The translations under genes were made by a program, and so were the position numbers. The notes below the pieces were generated by a model. That model saw only the letters and a program-made list of their open reading frames with translations, did not search any database and had not been told where the DNA came from. Below, in pieces: positions 56,074 through 64,000 of a DNA stretch of 64,000 nt. Each line of letters opens with the position of its first letter. Positions within the stretch are counted from its first letter, which is position 1. This DNA comes from Candidatus Omnitrophota bacterium (GTDB lineage Bacteria > Omnitrophota > Gorgyraeia > Gygaellales > Profunditerraquicolaceae): positions 70,449 to 134,448 of the forward strand of contig VGKG01000002.1 in assembly GCA_016867115.1 (NCBI GenBank). The letters run 5' to 3'.

Positions 56074-57014
56074 AATTACGGACCGTTTTATATTTTTTTA
56101 CCCTGTGTACAGCATGCAGCCTACTGTCTAGAGCCCTTTTCGGCTGTCAGGAGAGGGAGTTTTACACTGACAAGCGCGTGATGATGGGCACTTTTATCGA
56201 AGTGACCTCTCAGGACAGAAGGGCCGGCCAGATTGTCTTTAGCGAGTTTGGCCGTATCGAAAACCTGCTCAGTAAATATAAAGCAGAGAGCGAGGTATCC
56301 AGATTAAACCGGCTGGGAGAGCTGGCAGTAAGCCCGGAAACCTTTTTCGTGATCGGGAAGGCAAAGGAGTTCTGGCAAAAGTCTGGCGGAGCTTTTGATA
56401 TCACCGTGGGGCCGCTGGATGACCTCTGGGGATTCACGCAGAAAGACTACCGCCTGCCGCAGGAAGCAGAGGTCAGAAAAACGCTTAAACGCATCGGTTC
56501 GGATAAGATTGTTTTGAATTCTGCCGCGAATGTGGTAAAATTCAGCCTTCCGGGCATGAAGATCGACCTTGGGGCGATCGCCAAGGGCTATGCCCTGGAT
56601 TGCGCCGTCAAGAGGCTAAGGGAAAATAATATAACCAGCTGCCTGATCAGTGCCGGAGGTCAGGTCTATTGCCTCGGAGAGAAGTCCGGCCGGCCCTGGA
56701 GAGTGGGCATAAAGGGTCCTGAAAATAGCGGTATGGCCGGTTACCTTGACCTGAAAGATAAGTGCGTCTCAACCAGCGCCGATTACGAGCAGTATTTTAA
56801 AGAAGGCGGGAAGGTTTACGGCCACATCTTTGACCCCCGGACAGGTTACCCTGCAGACAAGGGGATCGCCTCTGTGTCTGTGGTCTCTCCTGACGGGCTC
56901 ACTGCCGACGCGTTGTCCAGCGCTATTTTTATTTTAGGCGAGGAAAAGGGCCTTGAATTAGCCAAAAAGCTTAACATATCAGAAGTTAGAATCATAAAAA
57001 GACCCGGGACTTAA
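56070..57014 (+). CDS. apbE: FAD:protein FMN transferase (ApbE family lipoprotein).
   Basis: Lipoprotein signal and DLGAIAKGYALD motif. Confidence 0.85.
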   Translation: MKLRTVLYFFTLCTACSLLSRALFGCQEREFYTDKRVMMGTFIEVTSQDRRAGQIVFSEFGRIENLLSKYKAESEVSRLNRLGELAVSPETFFVIGKAKEFWQKSGGAFDITVGPLDDLWGFTQKDYRLPQEAEVRKTLKRIGSDKIVLNSAANVVKFSLPGMKIDLGAIAKGYALDCAVKRLRENNITSCLISAGGQVYCLGEKSGRPWRVGIKGPENSGMAGYLDLKDKCVSTSADYEQYFKEGGKVYGHIFDPRTGYPADKGIASVSVVSPDGLTADALSSAIFILGEEKGLELAKKLNISEVRIIKRPGT

Positions 57015-57015
57015 G

Positions 57016-58416
57016 ATGAAAAATTCCTTACAGAAAAGAATGGATGTCTTTGCTTTGTTCCTGCCGGAGATCAAGGAGTTCCTGCAGGCAAAAGATTTTA
57101 ACGGCCTGAAGGGCTTCTTGAAGAGCATAAACTCCATGGATCTGGCTGAAGGCTGGAAGCACCTTGAGCCGACGGAAAAAATAATCGCCTTCAAGCTCCT
57201 CGGCCCCAAAAAAGCGCTTGAACTTTTTGAAAACCTCAAACTTCACGAGCAGGCCTACATCATGAACAACCTCGATAATGCCGAGGTCTCCCAGATCATC
57301 AATGAGATGGCCCCGGATGTGCGCGCCGACCTTTTCAGGGAACTGCCTAAGCGGCTTTCCAAAAAGTTCCTTCTTCTGATCAGCCGGGAAGAGGCGAAAG
57401 ACTTAAGAAAATTAATGGAATATAAAGAAGGCACTGCCGGCAGCCTTATGACCACCGACTACGTGGAAGTGAAAAAGGATATGTCCGCGCGCCAGGCAGT
57501 TCTTGCCGTCCAGGAATCGCTGAGGGCCGAATACAGGGAGAACGTCTATTCAGTCTATGTCACCGACGAGTTGCACAGGCTGATCGGCCGTATTCCCCTG
57601 CAGGAGCTTTTGAAGGCCCCGCCTGACATGACTATCAGGGATATCATGAGCAGCGTAGACCTGATCAAAATCGACCCCCAGGCCCCTACCGAGGAAGTCA
57701 GCGTGGGGTTTAAGAAATACGACCTTTTAGACGCTCCTGTTGTAGACAGCTCCAATACCCTCCTTGGGATAATCACCGTCGACGATATCGTAGCCACCAT
57801 GGAAAAAGAGACTACCAAGGAGCTGTATGAGATCGGTAAGATGAGCCCCGAAGGCGGCGAGATCATTAGTTACGCCCGGGCTACTGCCTGGGACCTGGTA
57901 AAAAGAAGGGCGGGCTGGCTGATACTGCTGCTTATCTTTGATTTCCTTACCGGGACGGTGTTAAAGAACTTTGAACATGCCTTAAGCACGGTAGTGGCGC
58001 TGGCGTTTTTTATCCCGATGCTCCTTGATACCGGAGGTAATGCCGGGGCCCAGACCTCGATCACCATCATCAGGGGGCTGGCTACGGGAGATGTCACCTT
58101 TAAGAACGTATTCAAGGTGATCAGGCTTGAGTTCAGGGCCGCGTTTGTCATGGCCGTAATCATAGGGGCGGTCGCCTTTGGCAGGGCATTCATACTGCAG
58201 AAGGACTTTGCCTTAAGTATCGTCGTGGGTTCAAGCATGTTTTTTATCGGGATACTGGCTATTGCCACCGGCATCTTCCTGCCGCTTTTTTCAAAACGCA
58301 TCGGGCTTGACCCGGCGGTCCTGGCCGGACCCATCACCACCAGTATAGTCGATGTGGCGGGGCTGATTATGTATTTCAAGATCGCGCAGTTTTTCATACC
58401 CGCCCTCAGGATATAG
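57016..58416 (+). CDS. mgtE: Magnesium transporter MgtE.
   Basis: N domain, CBS pair and a C-terminal 5-TM domain with the PxxDxxG-like GLDPAVLAGP. Confidence 0.9.
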   Translation: MKNSLQKRMDVFALFLPEIKEFLQAKDFNGLKGFLKSINSMDLAEGWKHLEPTEKIIAFKLLGPKKALELFENLKLHEQAYIMNNLDNAEVSQIINEMAPDVRADLFRELPKRLSKKFLLLISREEAKDLRKLMEYKEGTAGSLMTTDYVEVKKDMSARQAVLAVQESLRAEYRENVYSVYVTDELHRLIGRIPLQELLKAPPDMTIRDIMSSVDLIKIDPQAPTEEVSVGFKKYDLLDAPVVDSSNTLLGIITVDDIVATMEKETTKELYEIGKMSPEGGEIISYARATAWDLVKRRAGWLILLLIFDFLTGTVLKNFEHALSTVVALAFFIPMLLDTGGNAGAQTSITIIRGLATGDVTFKNVFKVIRLEFRAAFVMAVIIGAVAFGRAFILQKDFALSIVVGSSMFFIGILAIATGIFLPLFSKRIGLDPAVLAGPITTSIVDVAGLIMYFKIAQFFIPALRI

Positions 58417-58418
58417 GC

Positions 58419-59249
58419 ATGGAAAAGCTCACCGTAAAAGATGTCGTTTCTTTAAAAAACACCCGCAAACTCACCATGCTTACGGCTTATGATTATCCGC
58501 TGGCTGCGGCGGTCGACTGCTCAGGCATAGATATGATACTGGTCGGAGATTCCCTGGCCAATGTGGTATTGGGACTTGATTCGACCACGAAAGTGGGGAT
58601 GACCGAGATGCTTCACCACGCCAAGGCGGTCACCCGGGCAGTGAAACATTCCCTGGTAGTGGGGGATATGCCTTTTGAGTCTTATCAGCTTAATCCCGAA
58701 GAATCATTGAAGAATGCCCGGCGTTTCATCGAAGAGGCGAAGTGCGACGCGGTGAAGCTGGAGTGGTTCGAGCATTGCCCGGAGGCGGTGGCAAAAATAG
58801 CCGCAGCAGGCATTCCGGTGATGGGGCACATCGGCCTGACCCCCCAGACAGCGGATAAGCTGGGCGGTTTTAAGGTGCAGGGCAAAGATGCCGAAACAGC
58901 CAGGCGCCTGATCGAACAGGCGAAGGAACTGGAAGCAAGGGGCTGTTTTGCCATCGTCCTTGAATGCATACCGGATAAGATCGCAGAGATGATCACCGTG
59001 AGCCTTAAGATCCCCACGATCGGTATCGGCGCCGGCCCTCATTGCGACGGACAGGTGCTGGTGATCCACGATATGCTCGGGCTTTTTGAACGCTACACCC
59101 CGAAGTTCGTGAAGAAGTACGTCGATCTGACTGCCCTGATCCGGAAGGCGATAGAAGAGTATAAGAACGAGGTAATCCAGTCGAAGTTCCCGTCCCGGGA
59201 GCACACCTTCACTATCAAGGAAGAAGAGCTGAAGAAGCTGAAAAAATGA
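58419..59249 (+). CDS. panB: 3-methyl-2-oxobutanoate hydroxymethyltransferase.
   Basis: LTMLTAYDYPLA N-terminal signature. Confidence 0.9.
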   Translation: MEKLTVKDVVSLKNTRKLTMLTAYDYPLAAAVDCSGIDMILVGDSLANVVLGLDSTTKVGMTEMLHHAKAVTRAVKHSLVVGDMPFESYQLNPEESLKNARRFIEEAKCDAVKLEWFEHCPEAVAKIAAAGIPVMGHIGLTPQTADKLGGFKVQGKDAETARRLIEQAKELEARGCFAIVLECIPDKIAEMITVSLKIPTIGIGAGPHCDGQVLVIHDMLGLFERYTPKFVKKYVDLTALIRKAIEEYKNEVIQSKFPSREHTFTIKEEELKKLKK

Positions 59250-59956
59250 AACTCACCAAATATATCCTTTCTGCGGTACTACTGATCCTGGGTCTCTTTT
59301 TCGTCGGCTTCATCGCAGGGCCGAATATTCTGAGGATGTACATCTCAAGCGGTATGGGAACCTGTGAAAAGAACCCGATATTCTGTGAAACCCCGCTGGA
59401 TGAGATAAATAATCCGGAAATCAACAGGGGTTTCTTAAGCCTGCTGGTCACCGTGAACTTGGTCGATATGCGCATCAGTGTACCTAAGGGTTTTGACGCT
59501 ATCCAGGAAGAGGTGACCAGGGTGTATTATAAGAAAAACAAGCACCTCTTTAAAGGCAACATCGTCTATGTCCTGCGAAAAGAACCGGATTTTCTGGTGG
59601 ACCTCTATCCGGAGCTGAAAAAAGAGGGCGTGACCAGCAATTATATATTCCTGGAACGGACCATGGAGGCGAGATTAAACGAGATACAGGACCTGACCGG
59701 CGCATTCTTTGTGATTATGAAAGGTATCTTTATCCCTGACCTGGGGGATCAGAAGAACCTGAAGATGGTCCGCTTCAGGACCGAGAGGGACAGGGGATTT
59801 ATCAACTACAACCTGGACGCCTCCGGGAACTATTTCGACTGCAATATCGTGCGGGAAAACGGAGAGTTTTTAAAGGTTTACATCCGCGACAGAAGCGCTA
59901 AGCTTGATCTGGAGGAAGTTTTTGCGATCCTTTCCACGCTTACGCCTATTAAGTAA
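59246..59956 (+). CDS. Hypothetical membrane-anchored protein.
   Basis: N-terminal TM helix. No recognisable motifs. Confidence 0.3.
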   Translation: MKLTKYILSAVLLILGLFFVGFIAGPNILRMYISSGMGTCEKNPIFCETPLDEINNPEINRGFLSLLVTVNLVDMRISVPKGFDAIQEEVTRVYYKKNKHLFKGNIVYVLRKEPDFLVDLYPELKKEGVTSNYIFLERTMEARLNEIQDLTGAFFVIMKGIFIPDLGDQKNLKMVRFRTERDRGFINYNLDASGNYFDCNIVRENGEFLKVYIRDRSAKLDLEEVFAILSTLTPIK

Positions 59957-59998
59957 ACCCTTGATTTTTAACCCTGTTTGTGATAAAAGTATCCTTCT

Positions 59999-61303
59999 AT
60001 GGCAAATGACTTGATGGATAAGATCGTTTCGCTTTCCAAGCGCCGGGGCTTCATCTTTCAGTCTTCTGAGATCTACGGCGGCTTAAGCAATACCTGGGAT
60101 TACGGGCCTTACGGCGTCGAACTGAAGAATAACGTCAAGCGCGCCTGGTGGCGTTCCTGCGTCTATGCCAGGGACGATATCTTCGGGATGGACGCGGCGA
60201 TCCTCATGCACCCGAAGGTCTGGGAGGCGTCGGGCCATGTGCAGAACTTTTTCGATTTAAAGAGCGATTGCAGGAATTGCAAGAAACGCTTCAAGGAAGC
60301 GGACCTTAAAAGTCAGAAGACCTGCCCCGAGTGCGCGGGAGAACTTACCGAAGCAAGGCCCTTTAACCTGATGTTCAAGACTTACCAGGGCCCCCTTGAA
60401 GAAAAAGGCAACGAGATTTATATGCGGCCCGAGACCGCCCAGGGGATGTTCGTGAACTTTCTGAATATCCTGGATTCAAAGCATCCGAAGCTCCCCTTCG
60501 GCCTGGCGCAGATCGGCAAGGCCTTCCGTAACGAGATCACCCCGGGTAATTTTACTTTCCGCACCCGTGAGTTTGAACAGATGGAGATCGAATATTTCGT
60601 TAAGCCTGCCGAGGCCGACAAGTATTACGACTCCTGGGTCGAGGAGCGTTTTGACTGGTACCTGAACCTCGGCATTACAGGCGCTAACCTGCGCAAGCGC
60701 AAGCATGAGAAAGATGAGCTGGCGCACTACGCCAGGGCCTGCACGGATATCGAATATAATTTCCCTTTCGGATGGTCGGAGCTGGAGGGTATAGCCAACC
60801 GTACGGATTTTGACCTTAAGCAGCATGCCCAATTCAGCGGTGCGGACCTGAAATACTTTGACGACGCGGCAAAAGAGAAATATTTTCCTTATATCATCGA
60901 GCCTTCAGGGGGGGTGGACAGGAGCGTGCTGGCTTTCCTGGTGGATGCCTATCATGAGGAAAAGGTCAAGGATGACATCCGGGTGGTATTGAAACTGCAC
61001 AGGGACCTGGCTCCGGTAAAAGTTGCAGTGCTGCCCTTGTTAAGGAACCGGCCGGAGCTGGTCGAGCTGGCAAGGAAGCTGGCGCAGGACCTGAAAAAAT
61101 CCTTTGTCGCGGTTTACGACGATACGGGCGCCATCGGTAAACTTTACCGCAGGCAGGATGAAGTAGGCACGCTTTTTTGCCTGACCGTCGATGTGCAGTC
61201 GCTTGAGGATAAGCAGGTGACGGTACGCGACCGGGATTCGATGCTTCAGGAGAGAGTTTCGCTGGAGAGGATCAGGGAGTATCTGTTTAACAAGTTGTAT
61301 TAG
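59999..61303 (+). CDS. glyQS: Glycyl-tRNA synthetase, alpha2 dimeric (eukaryote/archaeal-like) type.
   Basis: IYGGLSNTWDYGPYGVELKNNVKRAWW N-terminus and class II motifs, 434 aa. Confidence 0.85.
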   Translation: MANDLMDKIVSLSKRRGFIFQSSEIYGGLSNTWDYGPYGVELKNNVKRAWWRSCVYARDDIFGMDAAILMHPKVWEASGHVQNFFDLKSDCRNCKKRFKEADLKSQKTCPECAGELTEARPFNLMFKTYQGPLEEKGNEIYMRPETAQGMFVNFLNILDSKHPKLPFGLAQIGKAFRNEITPGNFTFRTREFEQMEIEYFVKPAEADKYYDSWVEERFDWYLNLGITGANLRKRKHEKDELAHYARACTDIEYNFPFGWSELEGIANRTDFDLKQHAQFSGADLKYFDDAAKEKYFPYIIEPSGGVDRSVLAFLVDAYHEEKVKDDIRVVLKLHRDLAPVKVAVLPLLRNRPELVELARKLAQDLKKSFVAVYDDTGAIGKLYRRQDEVGTLFCLTVDVQSLEDKQVTVRDRDSMLQERVSLERIREYLFNKLY

Positions 61304-61379
61304 GAAGAAGCTCCTCGCTTCCCGCTGATTAAAGCGGCTGCTCGGAGTAGTTCTCCAATAATTTAACGGGGGCAAACTG

Positions 61380-64000
61380 ATGGCAAAGAAATACGTTTAC
61401 TCCTTCGGCGGCGGCAAGGCTGACGGTAACGAAACCATGAAAAACCTGCTCGGCGGAAAAGGCGCAAACCTGGCCGAGATGGCCGGGAATAAGGAGCTGA
61501 GACTGCCTGTGCCGCCGGGGTTCACTATCACTACCGAAGTCTGCTCCCATTACTATAAAAACAAGAGAAGTTATCCTTCGGGATTAAAAGAGCAGGTGAA
61601 TAAGGCTCTGCTAAGAGTAGAGGCTTTGATGGGAAGGGAGTTCGGCGATCCCGATAATCCGCTTTTGGTCTCTGTCCGCTCCGGAGCGCGCCGCTCTATG
61701 CCCGGGATGATGGAGACGGTCCTGAATATCGGGCTGACCGAGAAGACTATCCCCGGCCTTGTCAAACAGAGCGGCGGTAATGAGCGTTTTGTTTATGACG
61801 CCTACCGCAGGCTGATCATGATGTATTCAGACGTGGTGATGGAAAAGTCGGCAGGGATAGAGCCTAAGGATGAAGAATCGGGCATACGTAAGCAGCTGGA
61901 AAGAGTCATGGCCCAGATGAAAAAAGAAGAGGGCTACCTCAGCGATACAGACCTCACCACTATCGATCTCAAGAAACTCTGCACTCTGTTCAAACAGAAG
62001 ATAAAAGAGGTGCTGAAGAAGGAGTTCCCGGATGACCCTTACGAGCAGTTGTGGGGCGGGATAGGCGCTGTCTTTTCCTCCTGGCAGGGAAAGCGCGCGG
62101 TAAGCTATCGCCGCATCGAGAGTATCCCCGACGAGTGGGGGACGGCGGTGAATGTGCAGACCATGGTTTTCGGGAATATGGGCAATGATTCCGGAACAGG
62201 TGTCGCCTTTACGCGTAATCCGGGCAACGGAGAGAACAAGTTTTACGGCGAATACCTGATCAACGCCCAGGGCGAAGACGTGGTCGCAGGCATCCGTACT
62301 CCGGCGCCTATCAACGAGTATTCCAAATCCGAGCACAATGAAGAAATGCTCACGCTTGAAAAAGCCATGCCCAGGATCTATCAGGAGCTTTACGGAATTC
62401 AGAAGCGCCTGGAAAAACATTACCACGATATGCAGGATATCGAGTTCACCATTGAAAAAGGAAGGCTCTTTATGCTGCAGTGCCGCGTGGGAAAGCGCAA
62501 CGGCCCGGCAGCAGTGCGCATGGCCATGGATATGTATAAGGAAAAATTGATCAGCAGGGATATGGCGCTGATGCGCGTTACCCCCTCGCAGCTGGATGAA
62601 TTGCTGCATCCGGTCATCGACCCGAAGGCGGAAGCCAGCCAGAGGCCGTTGGCTAAGGGCCTGCCTGCGGGCCCGGGCGGCGCTGCTGGACAGGTGGTCT
62701 TCTCTGCAGCGAGCGCCGTGGAATGGGCAAAGACCGGCAAGAAGGTGATCCTGGTGCGCGAAGAGACGAATCCGGAAGACGTGGAAGGCATGCGCGCGGC
62801 CCAGGCGATCCTCACCGCAAGGGGCGGCATGACTTCGCACGCAGCCCTTGTTGCCCGCGGCTGGGGCAAGTGCTGCGTCGTCGGCTGCGGCGCCCTGCAT
62901 ATCGATTACCATAAAAAAGAGCTGCACGTGGACGGTAAAGACCTGAGGGAGGGCGACTGGATCACCCTAAACGGAACCAAGGGAAATGTCTATGAAGGCA
63001 GGCTGCCGATGATGGACGCTTCCGAAGAGAACAGGATTTTGATGGATTTCCTGAAACTCTGCGGCGCGGTAAAAAAATTAGGCATCCGTACCAACGCCGA
63101 TACGCCTGATGACGCAGCTAAAGCGCGGCAGTTCGGCGCTGAAGGAATCGGGCTTTTCAGGACCGAGCATATGTTCTACGGCAAAGGCTCTGACGAGCCG
63201 CTCTTTATCCTGCGCAAAATGATCCTTTCAAAGACGCTGGAAGAGAGAGAAAAAGCCCTGAATGAGCTCTTTCCGTACGTAAAGAAAGATATCAAGGGAA
63301 CCCTTGCTGCGATGGACGGCTTGCCGGTGGTGGTCAGGCTTCTTGATCCGCCGCTGCATGAGTTTGTGCCCCGCGAGAAAGGTAAGCTTGAAGAGCTGGC
63401 GTCCGACCTGAACATCAGCATAGAGGACCTTGCCCGGCGCGCAGAAGGCCTGCATGAGTCAAACCCGATGATGGGCCACCGCGGAGTGCGCCTCGGAGTG
63501 ACTTATCCCGAGGTAAGCGCGATGCAGATCCGCGCTATCCTTGAAGCAGCGGCAGAGCTGATCAAGGAGGGAAAGAAGCCATATCCGGAGATCATGGTGC
63601 CGGTCGTCTGTTCCGTCAAGGAGCTTATTGACCAGAAGGCGATCTTTGACCGCATATATAAAGAGGTGCTGGCAAAATACGGCCTTAAAACAATCAAGCA
63701 TATGTACGGCACGATGATCGAGATCCCGCGCGCGGCGCTGGTGGCGGATAAACTGGCGCAGGTAGCGCAGTTCTTCTCTTATGGCACGAATGACCTGACC
63801 CAGATGGGGTTCGGATTCTCGCGTGACGATATCGGCGGGTTCCTTCCGGACTATATCAAGAAAGGCATCCTGCCCGAAGATCCTTTTCAGAGCATCGACC
63901 AGGAGGGGATCGGAGAGTTGATCCGGATAGGCATCGAACGCGGCCGCAAGACCAGCAAGGAGCTTGAGATAGGTATCTGCGGAGAGCACGGGGGCGAGCC
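61380..64000 (+). CDS. ppdK: Pyruvate, phosphate dikinase (3'-partial; runs off the window).
   Basis: Manual translation from ATG 61380 gives MAKKYVYSFGGGKADGNETMKNLLGGKGANLAEMAG..., the classic PPDK N-terminus. The frame stays open to the window end and finishes at ...GICGEHGGE (PEP-utilising motif). The ORF track omits it because no stop is reached. Confidence 0.9.
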   Translation, partial: MAKKYVYSFGGGKADGNETMKNLLGGKGANLAEMAGNKELRLPVPPGFTITTEVCSHYYKNKRSYPSGLKEQVNKALLRVEALMGREFGDPDNPLLVSVRSGARRSMPGMMETVLNIGLTEKTIPGLVKQSGGNERFVYDAYRRLIMMYSDVVMEKSAGIEPKDEESGIRKQLERVMAQMKKEEGYLSDTDLTTIDLKKLCTLFKQKIKEVLKKEFPDDPYEQLWGGIGAVFSSWQGKRAVSYRRIESIPDEWGTAVNVQTMVFGNMGNDSGTGVAFTRNPGNGENKFYGEYLINAQGEDVVAGIRTPAPINEYSKSEHNEEMLTLEKAMPRIYQELYGIQKRLEKHYHDMQDIEFTIEKGRLFMLQCRVGKRNGPAAVRMAMDMYKEKLISRDMALMRVTPSQLDELLHPVIDPKAEASQRPLAKGLPAGPGGAAGQVVFSAASAVEWAKTGKKVILVREETNPEDVEGMRAAQAILTARGGMTSHAALVARGWGKCCVVGCGALHIDYHKKELHVDGKDLREGDWITLNGTKGNVYEGRLPMMDASEENRILMDFLKLCGAVKKLGIRTNADTPDDAAKARQFGAEGIGLFRTEHMFYGKGSDEPLFILRKMILSKTLEEREKALNELFPYVKKDIKGTLAAMDGLPVVVRLLDPPLHEFVPREKGKLEELASDLNISIEDLARRAEGLHESNPMMGHRGVRLGVTYPEVSAMQIRAILEAAAELIKEGKKPYPEIMVPVVCSVKELIDQKAIFDRIYKEVLAKYGLKTIKHMYGTMIEIPRAALVADKLAQVAQFFSYGTNDLTQMGFGFSRDDIGGFLPDYIKKGILPEDPFQSIDQEGIGELIRIGIERGRKTSKELEIGICGEHGGE

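Noticed and set aside
61827-62927. 366-aa minus-strand ORF and several other long minus ORFs near the 3' end of the window.
   Set aside because: The + strand here encodes an uninterrupted, highly conserved pyruvate phosphate dikinase (61380 to window end). The minus ORFs are Cys/Ala/Arg-rich antisense shadows of a GC-rich gene.

Overview
The window is a gene-dense bacterial chromosomal segment, about 55% GC, with almost every gene on the + strand. Many adjacent genes overlap by 4 nt (ATGA/GTGA), which suggests long operons. The organism looks like an uncultivated anaerobe that carries the tail of a Wood-Ljungdahl cluster (cooC-acsD-acsE); I have not tried to name the lineage. Most content is housekeeping: ftsH, tilS, folP, cdaA, pdxJ, acpS, groESL, guaBA, dnaE, hisS, aspS, valS, uvrB, recO, a polX-family polymerase, ppdK and CoA/pantothenate genes. 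There is also a threonine/isoleucine block: hom, thrC, an ApgM-family protein, lysC and cimA. The most unusual region runs from 11.3 to 13.6 kb and holds a thr-tyr-gly tRNA cluster. A putative LAGLIDADG-type homing endonuclease gene lies between tRNA-Thr and tRNA-Tyr and overlaps the 5' exon of tRNA-Tyr. The tRNA-Tyr(GUA) gene is split in its anticodon loop by a ~195-nt group I intron with recognisable R/S core elements. Directly downstream is a four-copy 89-bp tandem array, and each unit carries two small CCCGACAAGGG hairpins. A second notable locus (26.0-28.9 kb) is a Ycf46-like AAA+ ATPase translationally coupled to a double-zinc-ribbon, C-terminally anchored membrane protein, followed by DUF1257-like and DUF2997-like small proteins; this is a conserved module of unknown function with an extra inserted gene. 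Other oddities follow. Short duplications of tRNA segments sit immediately downstream of tRNA-Met and tRNA-Pro. Three PilZ-domain proteins are coupled to a divergent thymidylate-synthase-family gene and gpsA. A CoaB-domain gene has no canonical start codon. A LemA C-terminal fragment is present. The bacterial-type AspRS lacks the GAD insertion domain. Two short motifs (ACGGTAAAC and ACAGTAGATAG) recur in intergenic spacers. No CRISPR array, integrase or transposase was seen.
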